Below, in pieces: positions 1 to 7,934 of a stretch of DNA of 16,802 bases (position 1 is the stretch's first letter; each line of letters begins with the position of its first letter). Location of the stretch: IMG/VR virus record IMGVR_UViG_3300032330_001609, positions 197,975-214,776 of that record, one strand, 5' to 3'. The notes beneath the pieces were generated by a model. That model was not told where the DNA came from. It saw only the letters and a list, made by a program, of their open reading frames with translations, and did no database searches. Origin of the DNA: a virus (lineage: Duplodnaviria; Heunggongvirae; Uroviricota; Caudoviricetes). A program made the position numbers and the translations under genes.

Positions 1-150
1 TTTGGATTTGGTGGAAAATCAGCCAAAGGAAAACGAATGGTGATAAAGAAAAATAATCCGGCTAGAAGAAAATCTTTTAGAGCGAGAATGAATTGTGATA
101 GTCCGGGACCAAGATGGAAAGCGAGATATTGGGCTTGTAGAACTTGGTAA
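1..150 (+). CDS. 3' end of a conserved phage hypothetical protein (partial, start outside window)
   Basis: Frame 1 reads FGFGGKSAKGKRMVIKKNNPARRKSFRARMNCDSPGPRWKARYWACRTW* with TAA at 148-150. The NPARRKSFRAR-C---ARYW-C-W motif is one I recognise from large phage genomes. Not in the ORF track. Confidence 0.75.
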   Translation, partial: FGFGGKSAKGKRMVIKKNNPARRKSFRARMNCDSPGPRWKARYWACRTW

Positions 151-151
151 T

Positions 152-520
152 ATGAATCTCAATATTAAATACGATAAATTATATTCCATCTTTGAAAAAA
201 TGATGGAACCTTATTCTGATTTAGAAAGAGGTACTAGGTCTTATGATTATTGGGTTCAAGAAAATAATCGTTATGTTGATTTAGATGTCTTAAATTTTTA
301 TGAAGATATTGATGAAGATTGGGAAAATGATAATTGGATTCTACAATATCAAGATACTCCGGGAGATGAAGGAAAAGATGAGGATTTACCAATATTAAGA
401 TATGGTGAGTATTGGATTAAGAACATCCAATCTATATTTGGTAAGCATTTTGAGGGTTTACTTAAAGATTGGTTTGAAAAAACATACAACCGCAAAGTTA
501 AAACTGTTGAAAAATACTAA
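152..520 (+). CDS. Hypothetical protein, member of a local paralog family with C-terminal FG--W(F/V)E--Y---V-T motif
   Basis: Start moved from 95 to ATG 152, 1 nt after the upstream stop. Ends IQSIFGKHFEGLLKDWFEKTYNRKVKTVEKY, similar to 4646-5032. Confidence 0.75.
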   Translation: MNLNIKYDKLYSIFEKMMEPYSDLERGTRSYDYWVQENNRYVDLDVLNFYEDIDEDWENDNWILQYQDTPGDEGKDEDLPILRYGEYWIKNIQSIFGKHFEGLLKDWFEKTYNRKVKTVEKY

Positions 521-1107
521 TGGAGGATAATGAAATAACCCCAAAATTAAAGGAAATTATTGAAAGATACCTCGGGAAACACCTTCCTGAGGGTATTAGT
601 GCAACTTTAAGAAACACCGGGTATTCAGATAGGATTGATTTTAAGGTAAATATGACTGATTTGGTTGAAAATAGGTTCAATAATATCAATTCTAATATAA
701 AAATGACCCAATTTGTTCAAGATTTGGTTCATATTTTGAATTCATTATTCCAAGTTAATATAATGTCTTATGGGTTTAATATCAGTATAATTGGTGAAAA
801 AGAGTGGATTAACGGGGTTTTTAACAAAGAAATCAAGCAAGCGTTCAAAAAAACACCTGGTTCTGAGTGTATTGCGTCAATGAAAGTGATTAGAGATATC
901 ACAAGTTTTGAATATGATATTGTAATTGGTCTTAAAAAGGGTTGTAAACCTGAATGGTGTTCTTGGTATGAACATAATGAGAGAATAAAATGTTTGGGTG
1001 AATTGGGTCAAAAATTAAGAGAGACTTTAGATACGTTTAATTTACCGGATGGAATGTTTACCATAAAATTAGGTGGTCGTAATGTGTCACCTCGTTACGA
1101 ATTTTAA
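520..1107 (+). CDS. Hypothetical protein, 195 aa
   Basis: TAATG stop/start overlap with the upstream gene; long ORF; no recognised motif. Confidence 0.75.
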   Translation: MEDNEITPKLKEIIERYLGKHLPEGISATLRNTGYSDRIDFKVNMTDLVENRFNNINSNIKMTQFVQDLVHILNSLFQVNIMSYGFNISIIGEKEWINGVFNKEIKQAFKKTPGSECIASMKVIRDITSFEYDIVIGLKKGCKPEWCSWYEHNERIKCLGELGQKLRETLDTFNLPDGMFTIKLGGRNVSPRYEF

Positions 1108-1137
1108 TTAATGAATACTTATCAATAAAACATTATT

Positions 1138-1254
1138 ATGTCAAAATCAAAAAAAATAGGGAAACCTAAAAAAAACAGAGTAAATGTTGTTAAGAAATTA
1201 AAGTTAATGAATAAAAACAACGAAATCCTTTCAAGATTAAAATCTGAAATGTAA
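1138..1254 (+). CDS. Small basic protein, 38 aa
   Basis: MSKSKKIGKPKKNRVNVVKKLKLMNKNNEILSRLKSEM*; A-rich upstream, ends just before a terminator. Below the ORF track cutoff. Confidence 0.6.
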   Translation: MSKSKKIGKPKKNRVNVVKKLKLMNKNNEILSRLKSEM

Positions 1255-1287
1255 AAAATAACCCCATCCTAAACGGTGGGGTTTTTT
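1253..1287. terminator. Bidirectional intrinsic terminator
   Basis: A-tract, ACCCCATC-ctaaac-GGTGGGGT stem (one G-U pair), then T-tract, between convergent genes. Confidence 0.75.
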
Positions 1288-3041
1288 GTTCCATAACCTA
1301 TTACGGATTCAATATTTTCTTTTTGTCTTTTTCCTCCGACAAATGTTCCATTAACTTTTTCACCATTGTCAATAACATCATCAACTTCATCAGTGTAGTT
1401 TCCCTTGGCATTTTTTGTTACTTTAACACCATTTTTAATAACCTTATTAATCATTTTGGAACCATTATAATCATCTTGGTAATTATTTTTATACATCCAT
1501 TCTAATGTTGATTTAATATCACCATCCTTGTTAGGTGTTTTTATTTCCTTAACACCATTTTTAACAACATCATCAACTTCTTCTTGAATCCGATAATTGA
1601 AAATACCGGTCTTTTTGTCAACACATCCGGATGGTCTAATTTCCTTAACACCATTCTCAATGACATTTTCACATTGACCATCAAACCCAATAGAAGTGAA
1701 TGTTCCGTTTTCCACTTTTAGTGTTTTTTTAATACCATTCTCAATAACATCATCAATCATTTTTGGGTAACTAGTTGAGTTATTTTCTTTCATCCATTCA
1801 GCGGTTGACGCAATATCACCATTACCGGGTGTCTTTGTTTCTTTAACACCATCTCTAATGACAAGATGTGATTCTAAAATAAGTTCTCTACCACTATTAT
1901 CTAAAATCAGAAGTGCATTCTTTTTTTGTTTTGTTTCTTTTATGCCATTTTCAAGAATATCATCTATGGTACCGGAAAGATGTTCTTCAAATTGTTTTGT
2001 TTCTCTCACATTATTTTTAATATGGTTTGTTTCTTTAATACCATTATCCAAAACTCTATCAATTAGATATTGGTCGGTGATAAAATATTCAGCATTGTTA
2101 CCACAATAATCACTAACTTTTGTTTCTTTAACACCATTTTGTAATGTGTCTTCCATTTTATTATCAAAAAATTTCATTACATCAACGTGGTTGGTTTCCT
2201 TCACACCATTTTCAATTGCGTCATCAACTATCCATTTCTTTGTAACTGTTCTTTCTTGTGTGTGTTTTACACCACTATCAATGATGTCTTCAATTTCACC
2301 TCTTTTCAATAAAGATTTATAATCGGTTTCTTTTATCCCCTTTTCAATTGTATCATCAACATTATTGCATTGGTGCCAACCAATATCGGTGTGTCTCACC
2401 CCATTTTGAATGGTGTTTTCAACATTGGTTATCATTGAAAATGGGTTATCTTGAGTGCGTTTCACACCATTTTGAATAGTATCTTCAACCGACCAAACCG
2501 TTTTCATATGTGCCCCTTTAGTTTTTTTAACACCCTTGTCAATTATTTCTTCAACTTGCCAATCAGTATATTGTGTCATTGGGGAAATATCTCTCACCCC
2601 ATTTTCAATAATATTTTCCGCAGTTAATTTACTACGCAGTTCGGAGGTAATAGTTGCCTTCACACCCTTGTCAATTACTTCTTCACATAAAAATTGGGAT
2701 ATATTAAAATCATCTGATTTTATTTCTTTCACCCCATTTTCAAGAACTTCTACCAAATTATATGATGGTGTTTGAGCGGGAGATGGTATATTTTTAGAAC
2801 CATTGATAATATTATCTTCCACCCATTTGGTGATGTATGATTGATTCTCCACAACATCCAACGAAGTGAACTCAAATATTTGTTTGAAGAAGTTGTAGTT
2901 ATACCACAGGGTTTTTTGTTCGGTTAACTCAATAACCCATTTTTTTGATTCCGTGAATATTAACCAAGTTGAACCATTGTGGGTATAGGTATCCACACCT
3001 TTTATCCAATTGTTAATTAGTGAATGTATTATTTTTTCCAT
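1269..3041 (-). CDS. 590-aa repeat protein: ~73-aa paralog-family N-domain plus ~20 units of (V/I)(E/D)xxIxNG(V/I)KxT with unique linkers
   Basis: Long ORF with a consensus promoter directly upstream. The motif recurs, e.g. VEDTIQNGVKRT, VENTIQNGVRHT, VDDAIENGVKET. Confidence 0.88.
   Translation of the reverse strand: MEKIIHSLINNWIKGVDTYTHNGSTWLIFTESKKWVIELTEQKTLWYNYNFFKQIFEFTSLDVVENQSYITKWVEDNIINGSKNIPSPAQTPSYNLVEVLENGVKEIKSDDFNISQFLCEEVIDKGVKATITSELRSKLTAENIIENGVRDISPMTQYTDWQVEEIIDKGVKKTKGAHMKTVWSVEDTIQNGVKRTQDNPFSMITNVENTIQNGVRHTDIGWHQCNNVDDTIEKGIKETDYKSLLKRGEIEDIIDSGVKHTQERTVTKKWIVDDAIENGVKETNHVDVMKFFDNKMEDTLQNGVKETKVSDYCGNNAEYFITDQYLIDRVLDNGIKETNHIKNNVRETKQFEEHLSGTIDDILENGIKETKQKKNALLILDNSGRELILESHLVIRDGVKETKTPGNGDIASTAEWMKENNSTSYPKMIDDVIENGIKKTLKVENGTFTSIGFDGQCENVIENGVKEIRPSGCVDKKTGIFNYRIQEEVDDVVKNGVKEIKTPNKDGDIKSTLEWMYKNNYQDDYNGSKMINKVIKNGVKVTKNAKGNYTDEVDDVIDNGEKVNGTFVGGKRQKENIESVIGYGTKNPTV
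1272..2822 (-). repeat. Degenerate coding tandem repeat, ~20 units; period about 66 nt in the N-proximal half, longer and irregular distally
   Basis: Linkers after units 1-10 are 10,11,10,10,10,10,9,10,10,12 aa. Later linkers are mostly 16-30 aa. Confidence 0.85.
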
Positions 3042-3045
3042 AGGA

Positions 3046-3077
3046 CAAATATAACAAACGTATTTGACAATCTCAAA
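3046..3077 (-). promoter_or_regulatory. Bacteroidota-type primary sigma promoter for the repeat protein
   Basis: Minus strand TTTG (3077-3074), 20-nt spacer, TATATTTG (3053-3046), matching TTTG-N19-21-TAnnTTTG. Only 4 nt separate it from the ATG at 3041. Confidence 0.7.
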
Positions 3078-3092
3078 TAGTTAACCTATAAT
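3064..3092 (+). promoter_or_regulatory. Canonical sigma70-like promoter
   Basis: TTGACA (3064-3069), 17 nt, TATAAT (3087-3092), upstream of ORF 3121. Confidence 0.55.
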
Positions 3093-3120
3093 TTTATTCC
3101 ATAGTACAAACAATTTTATT

Positions 3121-3531
3121 ATGGTAAAAACAAAAACAATGTCCTTTCTCAAATACAATAAATTTGAGTTCGGAAAACAAGTCGTGAGTCAATTCGTGGT
3201 CTTCGAGTGTAAGTGGCTCTTCTCAATTATCTTTTTCTATTTCCACAAATCAACGGAACCTCAGGACAGATTTCACACCCACGCATTTAATGCTTGGTCG
3301 GTCAAATTATTCGGAGAGTATGACGAACATATTTTGGATGATGAGACTACCGGTGAATATCACATCGTCAGACGTGAAAAAACTTTAATGTATTTTCCCC
3401 GGGATTCCTATCATCGAATTGCGAACAGCAACGGGTGTATGACAATTCTATTTTCCGGACCGTGGAAAAAATATTGGAAGGAATTTGTCAATGGTGAAAT
3501 AATTCACTATACTTGGGGTAGAGAAAAATAA
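3121..3531 (+). CDS. Cupin-fold protein
   Basis: FHTHAF...GEYDE...YHRI metal-binding pattern typical of cupins. Confidence 0.65.
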   Translation: MVKTKTMSFLKYNKFEFGKQVVSQFVVFECKWLFSIIFFYFHKSTEPQDRFHTHAFNAWSVKLFGEYDEHILDDETTGEYHIVRREKTLMYFPRDSYHRIANSNGCMTILFSGPWKKYWKEFVNGEIIHYTWGREK

Positions 3532-3532
3532 A

Positions 3533-3829
3533 ATGGATAAGGTAAAAATATTACGAAGTGTTGTTAAAAAGATTTATCCTGACGCATCATTTGTTGTAAG
3601 AGTTAATAAATTAGGAAAGTTTCAAATAATTCTCAAAGGAGTTAAAACAACTTATTATGAGGTTGAAACTTTTGAGAGAAAGTTGGTTCTAAAAAATGAT
3701 AAGGTAATTGTGATGGATAATTTCCAACCAAACCTTGAGGCGTTCTATCCATTCTTCACTAAAGAAAATTGTGACATAAAATACATTCTGTGGAATGGTA
3801 AGGTCAAAAATTGGTACGGTAATAATTAA
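3533..3829 (+). CDS. Hypothetical protein, 98 aa
   Basis: ORF begins 1 nt after the upstream stop. Confidence 0.7.
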   Translation: MDKVKILRSVVKKIYPDASFVVRVNKLGKFQIILKGVKTTYYEVETFERKLVLKNDKVIVMDNFQPNLEAFYPFFTKENCDIKYILWNGKVKNWYGNN

Positions 3830-3835
3830 TAAAAC

Positions 3836-3847
3836 TATTTATAAATA
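3836..3847. promoter_or_regulatory. TATTTATAAATA palindromic motif, putative phage (late) promoter
   Basis: 12-bp palindrome 8 nt upstream of the tail collar gene; contains the T4-late-like TATAAATA. Confidence 0.45.
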
Positions 3848-3855
3848 AAAAACAT

Positions 3856-4140
3856 ATGGAATACGAGATTGGAACAATAATGCAATTTGCACATAATTGG
3901 GAAACCCGAGGTTGGAAATATTGTGACGGTAGAACATTAATGATTAGTGAATATCCTGAACTTTATGAAGTTATCGGATGTGGGTTTGGTGGTGACTTTA
4001 GAAAAACATTTAACCTACCGGATTTAAGACCAAGAGATACAGATGGGAATTTATTAAGAACTCCTTACGCGGAAAAAATAAATGGGGTACACTATGTACC
4101 ATATCAAATTTGTACCGTTGGAAGAACACCCTTAAAATAA
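3856..4140 (+). CDS. Stand-alone phage tail collar domain protein
   Basis: IGTIMQFA...GWKYCDGRTL.ISEYPELYEVIG..FGGD...FNLPDLR is the tail collar (Collar) signature. Confidence 0.85.
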   Translation: MEYEIGTIMQFAHNWETRGWKYCDGRTLMISEYPELYEVIGCGFGGDFRKTFNLPDLRPRDTDGNLLRTPYAEKINGVHYVPYQICTVGRTPLK

Positions 4141-4643
4141 TGAGATTTCTTTTTTTTATTATATTACTACTTTCATCATTGGGATATGGTCAAACATATC
4201 CCAATATTATTATTGGGGATTCTCAAACTCCATATATTGATTTACATTCACAAAAAATAAAAAAATGTGTTGGACTATGGGAAGGCGGAATAAATGTACC
4301 AGTGTTAATAAAAATGGTTCAAAAACACCCAATTTCACCTGAAGTTAAGAACCTTGTGATATGTATTGGAACTAATGACCGTTATAATGATTTGGGTGTT
4401 GAACGACTTATTAATTTAATTTGTGTTAAGTTTCCCAACTCTAAATTATATGTGGTTCAGGGTTCTTGGGGTTGGGGTGGTATAAAAAAAATAACCTACC
4501 CTAAAGTAAAAAAATACTATCAAAAATTTGAGCGACTTGGGGTTACCGTGATTAAGACACCTATTGGAAAACGAGAACCTCATCAGGATTGTCCGGTCTA
4601 TAAACAGATTGGTAAAGAAATTGATTCGTTGTTATATTTATAG
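4140..4643 (+). CDS. Secreted SGNH/GDSL-like hydrolase
   Basis: Start moved to ATG 4140 (TAATG overlap). Signal peptide MRFLFFIILLLSSLGYG, block I IIGDS, block III IGTND, C-terminal His (EPH). Confidence 0.7.
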   Translation: MRFLFFIILLLSSLGYGQTYPNIIIGDSQTPYIDLHSQKIKKCVGLWEGGINVPVLIKMVQKHPISPEVKNLVICIGTNDRYNDLGVERLINLICVKFPNSKLYVVQGSWGWGGIKKITYPKVKKYYQKFERLGVTVIKTPIGKREPHQDCPVYKQIGKEIDSLLYL

Positions 4644-4645
4644 AT

Positions 4646-5032
4646 ATGAAATTTATAATATCAGAAGATAGAATCTACGATTTAGTGATGAAACATATTA
4701 ACAGTATGTTTGATATTGATAATATTCATTGGTTATACGGTACTGATGATTTTGGTAATGAAGTGGATTATGGAATATCATTCTATGAAGGTGATTATGA
4801 CGATGATGACAATCTATTTAGATGGTATGGTAAAGATTATTTTTATAGTGAAGAAATGTCTCATCATAATCAAAAAATAATTGATGAATGGGCTGAAAAA
4901 TCACCAATGTTGGAATTTGATAATAACGGTAAAAAAGAACAATTAGATGCTCTTTTTGGTGATAAATGGCATCAACCATTTAAGGATTGGTTCCAAAAGA
5001 ATTTTGATTTACCAATTAAAACAATAGAATAG
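4646..5032 (+). CDS. Hypothetical protein, paralog family member
   Basis: Preceded by TATTTATA. N-terminus MKFIISE; ends LFGDKWHQPFKDWFQKNFDLPIKTIE, like 152-520. Confidence 0.78.
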   Translation: MKFIISEDRIYDLVMKHINSMFDIDNIHWLYGTDDFGNEVDYGISFYEGDYDDDDNLFRWYGKDYFYSEEMSHHNQKIIDEWAEKSPMLEFDNNGKKEQLDALFGDKWHQPFKDWFQKNFDLPIKTIE

Positions 5033-5066
5033 TGGAAAATATTTGTCAAAATACCACTTTTAGTGG

Positions 5067-5096
5067 AAAATAATCACCTTAATTGGTGATTTTTTG
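5067..5096. terminator. Bidirectional intrinsic terminator
   Basis: AATCACC-ttaatt-GGTGATT stem with an A-run before and a T-run after, between convergent genes. Confidence 0.7.
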
Positions 5097-5098
5097 TT

Positions 5099-5443
5099 TT
5101 ATAATGGAAAATTATCGTCTTTTTTGGTGTGGACTATCATAACATTAACACCATTGGAGAACCCGAATACCGGTAACCATTTTTTTAATTCACGTCTCAT
5201 ATCCATATGTGATGGTACATTTTTCCAACTTATCATAACTTCAGATGATTTATTGTGTATTATGTCTACCATAACCCAATAATTACCTCTTTGTTTTCTA
5301 ATTGACTCCGGATTCAAATGTTGAATCGGGTTTAATCTAAAAACAATATCATCAGAAAATTGATGTGCAAGTTCCACACCTTGTTTAGATGATAAGAATT
5401 TACCAAACATTTTTAATGATAAGTCAATTTCTTGTTGTGTCAT
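5099..5443 (-). CDS. Hypothetical protein
   Basis: Start moved to ATG 5443 (MTQQEIDL), which removes the overlap with divergent ORF 5472. TATTTAT lies just upstream. Confidence 0.7.
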   Translation of the reverse strand: MTQQEIDLSLKMFGKFLSSKQGVELAHQFSDDIVFRLNPIQHLNPESIRKQRGNYWVMVDIIHNKSSEVMISWKNVPSHMDMRRELKKWLPVFGFSNGVNVMIVHTKKDDNFPL

Positions 5444-5459
5444 AAAGATAAATATTAAG

Positions 5460-5473
5460 ATATTTATAAATAT
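5460..5473. promoter_or_regulatory. 14-bp palindrome ATATTTATAAATAT between divergent genes
   Basis: Perfect palindrome overlapping ATG 5472; identical copy at 15758-15771. Confidence 0.5.
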
Positions 5474-5762
5474 GAGAATATTAATAGTTGAGAGTAGATT
5501 AGTTAACATTGTGTCTAAGTTTATTGGTGAACTTTATGAGTTAAGTATGCCGGGAGGAAATGATACTTATTTTTTAGACAATAATGAAACTGTGGTTTTT
5601 GTTTATGACAATTACTATGAGGAGTTAACGGTTAACACCGAAGTCATCCATAATGTTTCATCTCAATTAGGAATCCCGTATAAAGATTTGAAACCTATTC
5701 TAAAGGAAGTGGGTAAGATTCTTACCGGAAAAAACACTTCTGAACTTGGATTTTTTAATTAA
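5472..5762 (+). CDS. Hypothetical protein, possible distant paralog family member
   Basis: N-terminus MRILIVES; 96-aa ORF directly after the motif. Confidence 0.72.
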   Translation: MRILIVESRLVNIVSKFIGELYELSMPGGNDTYFLDNNETVVFVYDNYYEELTVNTEVIHNVSSQLGIPYKDLKPILKEVGKILTGKNTSELGFFN

Positions 5763-5768
5763 CTTATT

Positions 5769-5996
5769 ATGAAAAAATTTTTATTACTTTTAATGTTGGT
5801 CTTATTAACTTCTTGTGAAGGTTATCAAGCTGTTGTATATTCTTACGGTATTCGTCAACGTCCTGAACCAAGACCAAAACCAAGACGTGTGTATCATTAT
5901 TATACACCGTACACTTATAATCCGGTTGTAACACCGGTATATGTTTACCCATCAAATCATCATCATCATTTTAATCACGGAGGTGGTAGAAGATAA
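5769..5996 (+). CDS. Small putative lipoprotein, Pro/Tyr/His-rich
   Basis: MKK, hydrophobic stretch, LTSC lipobox. Confidence 0.65.
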   Translation: MKKFLLLLMLVLLTSCEGYQAVVYSYGIRQRPEPRPKPRRVYHYYTPYTYNPVVTPVYVYPSNHHHHFNHGGGRR

Positions 5997-6030
5997 TTTG
6001 AATTTTGCATTTTTATAGATATTTATAATT

Positions 6031-6056
6031 ACTAGAGCCTAGTTTACTAGTCTAGT
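6031..6056. other. CTAG-rich imperfect palindrome in intergenic DNA
   Basis: ACTAGA-gc-CTAGT-tt-ACTAG-TCTAGT; a fifth CTAG at 6079. Confidence 0.6.
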
Positions 6057-6117
6057 TTTTATATATTATTTATTATTACTAGAATTATTTTATTTATAAA
6101 ATATCAAGACCCAAATT

Positions 6118-6140
6118 CCCTCTAATTCAGAGGGTTTTTT
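6118..6140 (+). terminator. Intrinsic terminator
   Basis: CCCTCT-aattc-AGAGGG followed by TTTTTT. Confidence 0.7.
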
Positions 6141-6744
6141 ATTTGAACAAAATTCCACCTTCAAATAAATCTTGAAAACAATATCTGATAATATTAGAGT
6201 TATTTTGGTACAACGGTTTTAATTGGTTGAACTCATCAATAATATTAGGTTTTACTCGGGACCATATATCGAAGTAGATAAAATCAAAATTTTCATTTGT
6301 AATTTTTTCGTGGTAAGTGAAAGCATCTCCAATAACAATGTTAACCTTGTTATTAATATCGTATTTTTTAATGTATGGTGATATGTTATTATATATCTCA
6401 ATATTATTTTCTACAATCGTTATTGATGTTATTGAATCATCATCTAATAATGGAAAGATTATATAACCAATACCCAATCCAAAAGTAAGTATTTTACCCG
6501 ACACATTTTCTAAAAAGAATTGATTAGTGTGTTCTACTAAAATACCACTGTCCATAACACATAATCTCTCATTAAACTTATACAAAGATACTGATGGGTA
6601 TTCGTAGTCATCTGAAAGATTTAATCCGTAGAAATTCATTATTTCGGGTGTTAAATCGTTTTGTTTTATATCGTGTACTAAAGTGTAATCTCCGAATAAA
6701 AGTTTTTCCGGATAAATTGTTTCAAGTCTTATGTAGTTTCTCAT
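6139..6744 (-). CDS. Class I SAM-dependent methyltransferase-like protein (spermidine-synthase-like Rossmann motifs)
   Basis: KILTFGLGIGY (motif I), ITIVEN, IVIGDAF, FDFIYFDIW. Confidence 0.75.
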   Translation of the reverse strand: MRNYIRLETIYPEKLLFGDYTLVHDIKQNDLTPEIMNFYGLNLSDDYEYPSVSLYKFNERLCVMDSGILVEHTNQFFLENVSGKILTFGLGIGYIIFPLLDDDSITSITIVENNIEIYNNISPYIKKYDINNKVNIVIGDAFTYHEKITNENFDFIYFDIWSRVKPNIIDEFNQLKPLYQNNSNIIRYCFQDLFEGGILFK

Positions 6745-6758
6745 AATATTAAATAGAT

Positions 6759-6792
6759 AAAACCCCCAAGATTAGTTGGGGGTTTATTTTTT
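6759..6792. terminator. Bidirectional intrinsic terminator
   Basis: AAACCCCCAA-gattag-TTGGGGGTTT stem with flanking A and T runs. Confidence 0.75.
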
Positions 6793-6859
6793 ACATCAAG
6801 ATGTTGTCAGAGTTGTTAGCCGGTAAGTAACCAAATAGCCAATTTAAGATTTTCTTCAT
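6791..6859 (-). CDS. Possible 22-aa micro-protein
   Basis: MKKILNWLFGYLPANNSDNILM* exactly fills the gap between ORF 6864 and the terminator. Confidence 0.4.
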   Translation of the reverse strand: MKKILNWLFGYLPANNSDNILM

Positions 6860-6863
6860 AATT

Positions 6864-7196
6864 TTATTTTTTGAATTTTTCACCATTAACCTTCACCCAT
6901 TCCAAATCACCACTTAAAATTAACACATCACTATATGATGGTATATCATTTGTGTTTTCTTCCGTGTGTTTATCATCATACTCATCACCAATAGCTGAAA
7001 TTACTCTAACAAAATCTGAACCTTCTTCAGTAATTGTAATTTTCCATTCACCATTATATAAAATAGTTCCTTTGGTACCCAATGAAGTTTTGAACTTGAT
7101 AGGTTTTCTTTCGGATGAATAAGCCTCAACCTCATCACTAATTTGTCCGTCAATTTCTATTAAATCATCGGACGCTCCGTAAATTCTTGTAAACAT
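6864..7196 (-). CDS. Conserved phage hypothetical protein
   Basis: N-terminal IYGASDDLIEIDG motif seen in many phage hypothetical proteins; 2-nt gap to clpP. Confidence 0.75.
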   Translation of the reverse strand: MFTRIYGASDDLIEIDGQISDEVEAYSSERKPIKFKTSLGTKGTILYNGEWKITITEEGSDFVRVISAIGDEYDDKHTEENTNDIPSYSDVLILSGDLEWVKVNGEKFKK

Positions 7197-7198
7197 AG

Positions 7199-7933
7199 TT
7201 ATCGTTTTAATATTTCTTTAGCGTAAAACTCATCAAACCCAACCATCATTTCTGTCATAGATTTGTTTGTCTCTAATCCAACGATGTTATCAATTAACCC
7301 AAACGCTTTTGCCTCGTCCGAGTTAAACCATTTATCATTTCTTGACGACTCATACATCTCGTCAAATGATTTTCCACAATTCTCAGCCAAGATTTTAAAT
7401 AACATATAGTTATATTTTTCAGCTTCCAATTGATTGATACGAGTGTCTTGAACGTTTCCTTGTGTTCCGTGAGACACCATATGTGTCATAATCTTTGAAA
7501 AGATTAACGAACTTCTTTTTCCTTTGGCTCCTGAAGATACCAACACTGAACCCATTGATGCACACATTCCAACATTTAATGTTGCAACATCCGGTTTGAT
7601 GTAGTTCATTGTATCTCGGATTCCAAGTCCTGATAAAACACTTCCACCCGGAGTGTCAAGATACATACTGATGTCTTTTTTATCGGTGGTTTCCAAGAAG
7701 ATAAGTTGAGCTTGGATGATTGATGCCATCTGACTCTCAACCGGTCCGGAAACCCAAATAATTCTATCCATCATAAGTCGGGAGAAAATATCAATTTGAG
7801 TTGCTCTCATTTCTCTTTCTTCCAAGATGTATGGTGTCACACCTTCAATATGTTTTTCAAAATAATCTAAGTTAAGTCCGGACACACCTTTCTCACTCAT
7901 TGCGAATTTTCTAAACTCTTTTCCGTAGTTCAT
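7199..7933 (-). CDS. clpP: ATP-dependent Clp protease proteolytic subunit
   Basis: TPYILEE...DIFSRLMMDRII, TPGGSV, CASMG (catalytic Ser), IMTH (His), RND (Asp). N-terminus is Bacteroidota-like. Confidence 0.95.
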   Translation of the reverse strand: MNYGKEFRKFAMSEKGVSGLNLDYFEKHIEGVTPYILEEREMRATQIDIFSRLMMDRIIWVSGPVESQMASIIQAQLIFLETTDKKDISMYLDTPGGSVLSGLGIRDTMNYIKPDVATLNVGMCASMGSVLVSSGAKGKRSSLIFSKIMTHMVSHGTQGNVQDTRINQLEAEKYNYMLFKILAENCGKSFDEMYESSRNDKWFNSDEAKAFGLIDNIVGLETNKSMTEMMVGFDEFYAKEILKR

Positions 7934-7934
7934 A

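Noticed and set aside
4593-4603. CCGGTCTATAA matches the reverse complement of the spacer 3 / repeat 4 junction
   Set aside because: Only 11 nt; too short to be a protospacer in 16.8 kb.
5030-5072. 12-bp direct repeat TAGTGGAAAATA and small CCACT/AGTGG hairpin
   Set aside because: Short and adjacent to a terminator; probably a local duplication with no supportable function.
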